Of a stretch of 64,000 nt of DNA, positions 34,916 to 42,655 are shown one piece after another; the first letter of the stretch is position 1; every line of letters starts with the position of its first letter. The stretch comes from Verrucomicrobiaceae bacterium (GTDB lineage: Bacteria; Verrucomicrobiota; Verrucomicrobiia; Verrucomicrobiales; V1-33), in assembly GCA_027486335.1 (NCBI GenBank), contig JAIXPK010000220.1, forward strand, positions 5,620 through 69,619, given 5' to 3'. Under the pieces are notes generated by a model. It searched no databases and was not told where the DNA came from. It was given only the letters and a program-made list of their open reading frames with translations. The position numbers and the translations under genes are program-made.

Positions 34916-35659
34916 TTAGTAGTTCTTGAAAGCAGAGACACAAGCCGACCAGACGGCGGGATGGTTTTGGCGGAGGGAGGACATGGGGGATTCGTTGACT
35001 CCAGCTCCTCGGAAGCACCAGCCGAGGATGCCGTGTTCGTCGGCGTCCTTGAGATCACTGATGAAAGCGGCGGCGTGCCCTGCGGGATCATCGAGGATGG
35101 TCTGGATGATTTTGCTGATGCGCCGGAAGCTGCGTCGATAGCCGAGGGTGACGGCGTCGCGTTTTGCAAACTGGAACACGCGGGCCGTTTCGGAACCTTT
35201 GATCGAGGTGCTTCCTTTCGAATCCATGCGGGCGAAGAGGATTCCGGTGGCGGGGCTGAAATCCAGGAAATCCCACGGATCATCCACGGTGGGGTCGAGG
35301 AGTGCGGGGTTTCCGTTTACTAACGGGAACTGGCTGCCTTTGCAGTCACGGCCGCAGCCCGTGCAGCAAAGCAGCAAATTGGGCCATCGGAACATCTGCT
35401 CTGGATAGACAGACTTAGGCCAGAAGTGCTCAATGTCCGTGCCAGCGGAGTCCGAGCAATACATGCAACGCTGTCTGCCGCCTGCCATTTGCTGAAGCTG
35501 ACGCTTCACCATCGCGAGCTTATCGGTCTGGCGAGCGTTCTTCCAAGTCTTCTCGATATTGAGCGTCCCGGCTGCCATGTCGGCATCGGCCCGCTTCTGC
35601 CTTTCCTCCATGTAGCGGACAACGACAGGAGGCAGGTCATGTCTGGGGACGCGGCGCAT
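34916..35659 (-). CDS. ptuB: HNH endonuclease, Septu PtuB-like
   Basis: CMYCSDSAGTDIEHFWPKSVYPEQMFRWPNLLLCCTGCGRDCKG is an HNH/zinc-finger core. 247 aa. It starts 3 nt after the stop of the ATPase gene. The DNA is visibly lower in GC than its neighbours. Confidence 0.75.
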   Translation of the reverse strand: MRRVPRHDLPPVVVRYMEERQKRADADMAAGTLNIEKTWKNARQTDKLAMVKRQLQQMAGGRQRCMYCSDSAGTDIEHFWPKSVYPEQMFRWPNLLLCCTGCGRDCKGSQFPLVNGNPALLDPTVDDPWDFLDFSPATGILFARMDSKGSTSIKGSETARVFQFAKRDAVTLGYRRSFRRISKIIQTILDDPAGHAAAFISDLKDADEHGILGWCFRGAGVNESPMSSLRQNHPAVWSACVSAFKNY

Positions 35660-35662
35660 CGA

Positions 35663-36964
35663 TTACAGGTCTTCGTCAACGTTAACGAACAGTTCGAGCT
35701 GTTTGAACCGTTTCTGTTCTTCTGCGGTCAGTTTGCCTGTGGATCGTTTCTTCCCCTCGATGAGTGCATACTCAATGCGGGCCTCTACGGCGACCGGCGA
35801 GAGAGTGCTCTGAAGCCCAAACGCCGGGCTGCGCAGAATGGCGTCCGGGCGTGAGGCGATGATGGAATCGCGCACATCATCGGTGAGACGGCGTGGCTCT
35901 TGCCCGCTGCCCGGCTCGGGCAGGACGAATAAACCGCCAGGGTCCGCGGCCTGGCAAATGATGGGGCTGTGCGTGGTGACGAGGAATTGGATCTTCGGGA
36001 AATGGCGTTTCAGCCAAAAACCGATGTCACGCTGCCACTCGGGATGAAGATGGGCGTCGATTTCGTCGATCAGGATCACTCCCGAGTGAGCGATCTCGAT
36101 ATTGCCGTCGAGCGTTGTCGTGAGCAGGTTTTCGTGACCGTAAGCATTGATCAGATGGCGAAGGATATCGGCCACCAGCGCCAGTGCGGAGCGATATCCG
36201 TCACTCATGGAGGCCCATGAGATTTCCACCCCATTACGATCCTTCAGCCAAAGGCCATCCGAATCTACTCGGTCTACTGTGATCTGGTTGGGCAGGAGGT
36301 CCTGCCGCAGCAGGCTGAGGAGGATGGCAAGTTGGCTGACTTCGGCTGCCTTTTTCTCAAGTTTCTTATGGTCCAGCTCCCTCAACCAGCGGTCCACTTC
36401 GGCGAGAGATGCGGCCTCCTCGAACATGGTGACAAATCGTTCTGTGCTAGGAGAAGACATGAGTCGCTGTGCTACGGGCGACTCACCGAAAACTCGCCGG
36501 AATGGTCCATAGCCGCAGCAAAACCATCCGCTGGATCCGTTGGCCCAAATAGTGCGTTCAGGTGTTTGGTAGGATTTTTGCCGTCCTTCTGGCAACTCGA
36601 CCGTGAGTGAGGTTTCCTTTCCGCCGTTTTCAAAAACCAGGTGGGCAGGGAATTTTTCGGACGGGCTTTTGCCGACGCCGCTGAGTTTGTCATCCGGCTT
36701 CACACGAACGATTTCGAGTTCTACATGACCTTTCTTTTGGGGGGCGTCATGCCGGACCCACTTGTTGAAGCTTGGTTGCAGCGAACGGGCTGTATCGCGG
36801 CCGGTAAGCCCGATGGCGATGGATTTCAAAAGCGTGCTTTTGCCTGAACCATTGTCACCCGTGAAGACCGTCCAGCCTGCATAACTTTTGTCCGGGCGTT
36901 GAAGATCAAAATCCAGGCTTTTGAAGCCGCGAATGTTGGTGAGCTTGATCTTATGAAGATACAT
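35663..36964 (-). CDS. ptuA: ABC/SMC-like AAA ATPase, Septu PtuA-like
   Basis: Start trimmed to MYLHKIKLTNIRGFKSLDF. Walker A GDNGSGKST; signature-like SMSDGYRS; Walker B VILIDEIDAHLHP; H-loop TTHSP. 433 aa. Confidence 0.75.
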   Translation of the reverse strand: MYLHKIKLTNIRGFKSLDFDLQRPDKSYAGWTVFTGDNGSGKSTLLKSIAIGLTGRDTARSLQPSFNKWVRHDAPQKKGHVELEIVRVKPDDKLSGVGKSPSEKFPAHLVFENGGKETSLTVELPEGRQKSYQTPERTIWANGSSGWFCCGYGPFRRVFGESPVAQRLMSSPSTERFVTMFEEAASLAEVDRWLRELDHKKLEKKAAEVSQLAILLSLLRQDLLPNQITVDRVDSDGLWLKDRNGVEISWASMSDGYRSALALVADILRHLINAYGHENLLTTTLDGNIEIAHSGVILIDEIDAHLHPEWQRDIGFWLKRHFPKIQFLVTTHSPIICQAADPGGLFVLPEPGSGQEPRRLTDDVRDSIIASRPDAILRSPAFGLQSTLSPVAVEARIEYALIEGKKRSTGKLTAEEQKRFKQLELFVNVDEDL

Positions 36965-37304
36965 GGGTGACGAATGGTGAACGGGAATCAGACCTGACTC
37001 CAGCGGAGAGTGATGTGTGGCTGGGTGGGGCCGGATTGCTGCAGGTTCCAATCAATGGTCCCAAAGCAGCCTTGGAACTGCTGATTGATGACGGCGTTGG
37101 CGACGAAGAGCGGGGGGGCTGGGCGTTTTGGTGGTGTCCGAGGCACGGCGTTTCGGCGGTTGGGGAGCGACGGAATTGGCCTGATGGTCTGTGATTGACA
37201 TGGGGTGGGGGAACTGGGCCGTGGGTGCGAGGAGATTGGGGAGAGGGTTGGGTGTTTTGAGCGGTTGTGCAAAGGGTGAATGGGGCTGGGGTGGGAGGTT
37301 GGGG

Positions 37305-40280
37305 TCAGGGGGAGGGCCAGTCGAGGTGTAGGGTGGCGAGGTGGGAGCGGAGGAGGGGGAGGTCCCAGATGCGGGCGAGGTGATTGGTTTCGGTGACGAG
37401 GAGGCGAGTGCTGTCGGGGCTGAAGGCGAGGGTGCCGATGACGGTGCCGAGGTGGTGTTCGACGCGTGCGATGGTGGTGCCGTCTGCTGGGTTGAGGAGG
37501 AGGAAGGAGGTGGAGGAGTCCTGGGCGGCGATGAGCGAGCCGTCCGGGGAGCAGGCGGCGACCATGCCGCGTGCTTTGTGGGAGGAGGACCATGAGGTTG
37601 CGGAGGGGACGAGGGGTTCGCAGCGGATGCCTGAGGAGGAGCTGATGATGAGGCTGCGGGAATCGGCGGAGAAGGCGACGATGGAAGTGCCTGCGCCTGT
37701 CCAGTTAGCGGCGGGGCGGAGGGGATCCGGGGCGTTGAGGTCGAAGACGAGGAGTCGGGTGCCTCGGGTGGCGAGCCAGCGGCCGTCGGGGCTGAGGAAG
37801 AGCATGCGGAATTGTTCCGGAGCTGGCATGACAGGGGCGAAGTTGCCGAGGTTGCGGCGGAGGTGGATGGTGCCTTTGGTCATGGCGGCGACGGTGAGGC
37901 CGTCGGCGCTGGCGGCGACGCTCCATGTGTCGCCGGGGATGAGGAGGGAAGGGGGATCGAACTGGAGGGAGCCGTCCGGGTTGCGATGGACGTTGTGCTG
38001 GAAGAGCCCCTCGATGGTGGCGGTGTAGAGCGGGCCGGATTCTGTGGCCATGGCTGTGTGGCGGACGGAGGCGGAGGGGAGGAGGTGTGTGGGGAGGAGA
38101 GAGATGGCGTCATTGATATGGACCCCGGAGTTGCCGGTACTGAGGAGGAGACGGCCGTCGGCGGCGAAAGTGGCGATGCTGGAGAGATCGGATAGGGGCA
38201 GGCGCCATGGGCGGCAGACATCGCGGCCGGCCCATTCAGCTTCGATGAGGTCGTAGGTGGTGCCGTCGGAGTAGGCGATGCGGTGATTGTTGGTGAAGCG
38301 GATGCTGCCGGTGACGAACGCTGGGTGGAGGCCGAGGAGCGTGCGGTCGGCGACGCCGTAGAGCTGGAGCGTTCCGTCCCAGCCGCTAGTGAAGAGGACC
38401 TCGTCGGCGGGGTCGAATTCGAGGGTGGTGATGATACCGTGGCGGCCGAGGGAGTCTGGCTGGGGAGGATTGGGGACGAGGTTGTGGACCGAGACGGTGC
38501 CGTTGGCGCCGACGGCGGCGGTGCGGGCGTCGTGGGAGAGGCCGAAGGAGCACGAGGAGTCGAACGGGGGCATGGCGAGTTCGACGGAATGGGAGAGGAG
38601 ATTGACGAGGTAGGCTGGGCCGTTGTGGCGGGAGCCGACGAGGATGCGGTCGGAGGCGACGGCGGAGAGGATATCGCGCGGGGAGGGGAGGGGGATGGAG
38701 ACAGGGGCGCTGCCGTCGAGTGGAAAGATGCGAATGGCTTTGTCGACGAGCATGATGAGTTCCGGGCGGGCCTGGTTGAAGCGGACCATGTCGAGGGCTT
38801 CGGCGGCGACGGGTGCGGGGATGTGCAGCTGGACTGAGCCGGAGTCGGTTTCCCAGACGATGCAGTCGCCGCGGCGCTGCGGGCTCATGCTGACGAGGAA
38901 GCGGCCGTCCGGTGAGAAATCGAGCCATTCGCTGATGGGGGAAGGGCCCTTGATGGTTAGATCGGTGCCGGGGCCGTGGGTGGGGCGGATGCGGATGGTG
39001 CCGTCGGGCTGGACGCTGGCGTAGCGGTCGATGCTAGGGTTGATGGCCTGGCGGAGGGGAGAGCCGTCCGGGGATTTGGAGGCGGGCCAGCGGGAGACTT
39101 CGCGGAAGTCCGGGATGGCGAGGGCGGTGATGGCCTGACTGCGGAGGGCGACGTCGCCTGGGTGGATGAGAGCGGCATCGCGGAGGGCGTCGAGGGCGCG
39201 GAAGCGACGGCCGGTTTGAGAGGAGAGGCATTCGGCGCGGGCGAGGGCGGCGGACTGGCCGAAGAGACGCTCGCGGGCTTCCTGTTCTGCGGTTTCGGTG
39301 CGGAGGAGGAGGGTTTCGGTGTGCTGGCGAGCGGAGCGTTCGGCATTGGCGCGCCAGACGGCGATGGTGCCGATGGCGGCGGCGAGGACGGCGGCGAGGA
39401 CGGCGGCGAGGCCGCCGCGTCTGGCGAAGCGGAGACGGTCGGCGGAGCGGTGGGCGTCGCGGACTGAGCGACCGCTTTGCATGGTGGCGAGGTCGGCGAG
39501 CATTTCTGCGCCGGACTGGTAGCGGTTGGTGGCGTCCGGGGCGCAGGCTTTCATGGCGACGGCGTTGAGGTCCATGATGCCGGAGAGGGCGGCGAGGCCG
39601 TCGGGGCCGGAGGCTGGAAGGGAGGGGAAGCGCATGCGGTCCATGCCGGTGGCGGCTTCGTAGAGGGATTTGCCGAGACTGAAGAGGTCGGCTTGTGGGC
39701 TGTTAGGGCCTTCCGGGGGAATGTAGCCTTCGGTGCCGACGAAGCTGCGGCTTTCGCTCATTTCTGCGACGAGGCCGATGTCAGCGAGTTTGGCGACGCC
39801 GTCGACGAGGATGATATTGGAGGGTTTGACGTCGCGGTGGATGAGACCGAGACGGTGCATGTGGCCGAGGGTGGCGGCGAGAGTTAGGAAGAAGTTGACG
39901 CAGCTGGAGGTTTCGATGCGGCCGAGGGAGTCGATTTCCGAGCGGAGCGTGCGTGGGCGGTAGGAGTCGGGAGAGCCGGAGGCGTTGTCGGCGAGTTCCA
40001 TGACGTAGTAGAAGAAGCCTGCGTCGTCGTTGCGGCCGACCTGGAGGATGTCGACGAGGCCTTCGTGGCTGCGGGAGACAGGTTCGAAGCGTTTGATGCC
40101 GCTGAATTCGCGTTCGTAGGGACGGACGCTGTCGAATTTGTCGCGCCAGACGACCTTGACGGCGCGCATGGTGCCGAGGGTGCTGCGGGCGCGCCAGACC
40201 TGGCCGTAGGAGCCTTCGCCGATGATGGCGAGCATTTCGTGGTCGGGGACCGGGGGTGGAGGGGCGGCGGGCGGTTTCAA
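37305..40280 (-). CDS. Ser/Thr protein kinase with TM segment and C-terminal WD40-like beta-propeller region
   Basis: IGEGSYGQVWRA, HRDVKPSNIIL, DIGLVA. TM segment GLAAVLAAVLAAAIGTIAVW. About 650 aa of propeller-like repeats (FSPDGRFL, LSPDGRWLAT, FSPDSTRLLVT). TTG start at 40280; an ATG follows 15 codons in. Confidence 0.85.
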   Translation of the reverse strand: MKPPAAPPPPVPDHEMLAIIGEGSYGQVWRARSTLGTMRAVKVVWRDKFDSVRPYEREFSGIKRFEPVSRSHEGLVDILQVGRNDDAGFFYYVMELADNASGSPDSYRPRTLRSEIDSLGRIETSSCVNFFLTLAATLGHMHRLGLIHRDVKPSNIILVDGVAKLADIGLVAEMSESRSFVGTEGYIPPEGPNSPQADLFSLGKSLYEAATGMDRMRFPSLPASGPDGLAALSGIMDLNAVAMKACAPDATNRYQSGAEMLADLATMQSGRSVRDAHRSADRLRFARRGGLAAVLAAVLAAAIGTIAVWRANAERSARQHTETLLLRTETAEQEARERLFGQSAALARAECLSSQTGRRFRALDALRDAALIHPGDVALRSQAITALAIPDFREVSRWPASKSPDGSPLRQAINPSIDRYASVQPDGTIRIRPTHGPGTDLTIKGPSPISEWLDFSPDGRFLVSMSPQRRGDCIVWETDSGSVQLHIPAPVAAEALDMVRFNQARPELIMLVDKAIRIFPLDGSAPVSIPLPSPRDILSAVASDRILVGSRHNGPAYLVNLLSHSVELAMPPFDSSCSFGLSHDARTAAVGANGTVSVHNLVPNPPQPDSLGRHGIITTLEFDPADEVLFTSGWDGTLQLYGVADRTLLGLHPAFVTGSIRFTNNHRIAYSDGTTYDLIEAEWAGRDVCRPWRLPLSDLSSIATFAADGRLLLSTGNSGVHINDAISLLPTHLLPSASVRHTAMATESGPLYTATIEGLFQHNVHRNPDGSLQFDPPSLLIPGDTWSVAASADGLTVAAMTKGTIHLRRNLGNFAPVMPAPEQFRMLFLSPDGRWLATRGTRLLVFDLNAPDPLRPAANWTGAGTSIVAFSADSRSLIISSSSGIRCEPLVPSATSWSSSHKARGMVAACSPDGSLIAAQDSSTSFLLLNPADGTTIARVEHHLGTVIGTLAFSPDSTRLLVTETNHLARIWDLPLLRSHLATLHLDWPSP

Positions 40281-40340
40281 TGAGGGATGGTTAGCTTGAA
40301 GATGGGGGCGGGGACAAGCTTTGAGTGCGGGGTGGGGCGG

Positions 40341-40430
40341 GGAATGCGGGTGGGGAGAGGGGGAGGCAGGGGAATGGATGGCAGGGGAATGCGGGTGGGG
40401 AGAGAGGGAGGGGCAGGGGAATGGATGGGG
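40341..40430. repeat. 45-bp G-rich tandem array (2 units), same family and orientation as 28486-28658
   Basis: GGAATGCGGGTGGGGAGAGGGGGAGGCAGGGGAATGGATGGCAGG (40341-40385) and 40386-40430. Confidence 0.9.
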
Positions 40431-40491
40431 TGGGGGGTGAATGCGGTAAAGAGAGCGCTTGAGTGGGGTGAGGAGGGGTGGTCAGATTTCA

Positions 40492-41406
40492 ATGATGAAG
40501 ACCATGATTCGCCGAGCTGTTTTTCTGATGGTTGCTGTGAGCGCTGTGATGCCTGCGGTGCGGGCAGCGGAGCCGAAGCGGATTGTGTTTATTGCGGGGC
40601 GGCCGAGTCATCCGCCGGGGATGCATGAATTCCGGGCGGGGTCGCTGCTGCTGGAGAAGTGTCTGAAGGGAGTGCCGGGGGTGGTGTTTGACCGGCATGA
40701 CCAGGGATGGGTGAAGGATGAAGCGGTGCTGGAGAAGGCGGATGCGGTGATTATTTATGCGGATGGTGGTGGGGGGCATCCGGCGCTGCAGGGGGATCAT
40801 CTGGAGAAGATGAAAGCGTTAGCGGCGAAGGGGTGCGGGATTGGGTTCATGCATTACGGCGTGGAGGTGCCTGCGGAGCGGGGAGGGCCGGCGTTCAAGG
40901 ATTTTGTGGGTGGGTATTACGAGCATCAGTTTTCGTGCAATCCGATCTGGGAGCCCGAGTTCAAGGCGTTCCCGGAGCATCCGGTGACGCGTGGGGTGCA
41001 GCCGTTTCAGATCAAGGATGAGTGGTATTTCAACATGCGGTTTGCGGGGGATTTCGGAGCGGACGGGGCTGGGGAGAAGGACGGGGTGAAGTTCACGCCG
41101 TTGCTGGTGGCGAAGCCGACGGACAAGGTTCGGAAGGGGCCGTATGTGTATCCTGCGGGGCCGTATCCACACATTCAGGCGGCGAGTGGGCGGAGCGAGG
41201 CGATGATGTGGGCGGTGGAGCGGAAGGATGGCGGGCGTGGGTTCGGGTTCACGGGCGGGCATTTTCACCTGAACTGGGGGAATGCGGATTTCCGGCGGGT
41301 GATTCTGAATGCGCTGGTGTGGGTGGCGAAGGCGGAGGTGCCTGCGGGGGGAGTGGATTCGCGGGTGGCGGAGGAGGATCTGAAGGCGAATCTGGACAAG
41401 AAGTGA
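40492..41406 (+). CDS. Secreted ThuA-like domain protein
   Basis: Signal peptide MMKTMIRRAVFLMVAVSAVMPAVRA. KRIVFIAGRPSHPPGMHEF and ADAVIIYADGGGGHP resemble ThuA-type (class-I amidotransferase-like fold) proteins. The assignment is by recollection. Confidence 0.55.
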   Translation: MMKTMIRRAVFLMVAVSAVMPAVRAAEPKRIVFIAGRPSHPPGMHEFRAGSLLLEKCLKGVPGVVFDRHDQGWVKDEAVLEKADAVIIYADGGGGHPALQGDHLEKMKALAAKGCGIGFMHYGVEVPAERGGPAFKDFVGGYYEHQFSCNPIWEPEFKAFPEHPVTRGVQPFQIKDEWYFNMRFAGDFGADGAGEKDGVKFTPLLVAKPTDKVRKGPYVYPAGPYPHIQAASGRSEAMMWAVERKDGGRGFGFTGGHFHLNWGNADFRRVILNALVWVAKAEVPAGGVDSRVAEEDLKANLDKK

Positions 41407-41527
41407 GGGGCGGGCGGCTGGGGAAATGTTAGGATGTGCCTGCAAGAGCAGGGGTGCCAGTAGCAGGGCCGGGTCGGCGATGTTACGGGGCGTCCTGCGG
41501 AAGCACGATGGAGCCGATTTGCTGGTG

Positions 41528-41562
41528 CAGCGACAAGGCCGGGACGGCCTTGCTACGGGGGC
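41528..41562. repeat. REP family-A hairpin copy
   Basis: caaggccg (41534-41541), gga, cggccttg (41545-41552), between two convergent genes. Confidence 0.75.
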
Positions 41563-41578
41563 GAGGCGGGACTAGCGG

Positions 41579-42568
41579 TTATTTAATGACGCGGGTGGCG
41601 GCTTGTTTTTTGAGCCATTCCTCGCGTTTGCGGACGAGTTCCTCGTATTGTTTGCGGATGCGCTCGTCATTGCGGGCGTCTTTGGTGAGGAATGTATTAT
41701 TAGCGCCGTAGCGGCTCCATGGGCCGTCGGGGACTTCTGATTCCTCGCAGAAGCGCCAGTCGCAGCGGGCGCCGGAGGAGATGCCGAGGAAGTCGCGGAC
41801 GGCGGGTGAGACGTCGAGGCCGGCGCCGTTGTTTTCCTTGTTCATGGGCTGGCTGCCGCCGAAGACGTAGGCGTGGTCGCTGGTGGTGAAGGGGCCGCAG
41901 TCCTGCCATTGGGCGAAGCAGGTTTTGTTGCCGCAGCGGATGGAGAGCCAGACGTCTTTGCAGACGCTTTTGGAGCCATCGGCTTTACGGGCTTTGAACC
42001 ATGGGATGCGGCGGGCGACTTCCGGGTTTGTTAGGTCGTTGAAGGGGAGGGCGACGTAGAACGGGTTGAGGCCTGGGGTGAAGCCCTTTGGGCAGAAGTC
42101 CCATGTGCGGGCGTCGCGGTCCGGGTTGTCGTAGCCGCCGAAGTTGAGTTGCCACTGGCGGTCCCAGCTGCTGGCGTGATTGGGGACCGGGTTGTTTTGG
42201 GATGGTTGTTCGCCGATCCAGAAGATGGTGGTGACGATGTCCTTGCGCCACGGGTATTTGGGGGCGGCGTCGCGGGCGCGGGTGGGGGCGTAGACGCGGG
42301 GCATGGGGGCCATGGCGCCGATGGCTCCGCGGGCACCGGAGGAGGTGGTGGCGGGTTTCTCCGTGGAGGGGGCGGCGGGTTTCGTGGCCGGTTTGGCGGC
42401 GGGTTTCGTTGCGGTTTTCTGAGGGGCCGCTGGTTTTTTGGAGGACGAGGACGAGCCGGACTTGGAGGATTTTTTGGTGGTGATGTCCGCGATACTGAAT
42501 CCGGTCGAGAGCGTGAGCGCGAGCGCCACGGACGGGACGAATGAGAGGATTGGCAGCAGACGGCGCAT
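41579..42568 (-). CDS. Secreted protein with Ser/Lys/Pro-rich linker and Cys/Trp-rich C-terminal domain, unknown function
   Basis: Signal peptide MRRLLPILSFVPSVALALT, then a low-complexity KKSSKSGSSSSSKKPAAPQK linker. The conserved-looking domain includes WFKARKADGSKSVCKDVWLSIRCGNKTCFAQWQDCGPF. It lies directly downstream of the kinase gene. Confidence 0.6.
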   Translation of the reverse strand: MRRLLPILSFVPSVALALTLSTGFSIADITTKKSSKSGSSSSSKKPAAPQKTATKPAAKPATKPAAPSTEKPATTSSGARGAIGAMAPMPRVYAPTRARDAAPKYPWRKDIVTTIFWIGEQPSQNNPVPNHASSWDRQWQLNFGGYDNPDRDARTWDFCPKGFTPGLNPFYVALPFNDLTNPEVARRIPWFKARKADGSKSVCKDVWLSIRCGNKTCFAQWQDCGPFTTSDHAYVFGGSQPMNKENNGAGLDVSPAVRDFLGISSGARCDWRFCEESEVPDGPWSRYGANNTFLTKDARNDERIRKQYEELVRKREEWLKKQAATRVIK

Positions 42569-42655
42569 GACGGGGAGGAAAGACGGGCGGGGGTGGCAGT
42601 TTGCCGTGGTGGGACGCGGCCCGCAACGGGAAACCGGGAGGCGGGCGAGTGGGGG

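Noticed and set aside
36965-37304. Retron (msr/msd ncRNA plus reverse transcriptase) upstream of the PtuA/PtuB-like pair.
   Set aside because: There is no reverse-transcriptase ORF anywhere nearby. The 340-nt gap contains only a 49-codon Pro/Arg-rich ORF and no obvious long inverted repeats.
37305-40280. The kinase-WD40 gene as a third component of the Septu-like module (a kinase-based defence system).
   Set aside because: Its composition is host-like high GC. Its N-terminal 100 aa are near-identical in pattern to the sigma-coupled housekeeping-type kinase at 42656-45349. A 340-nt gap separates it from the low-GC pair.
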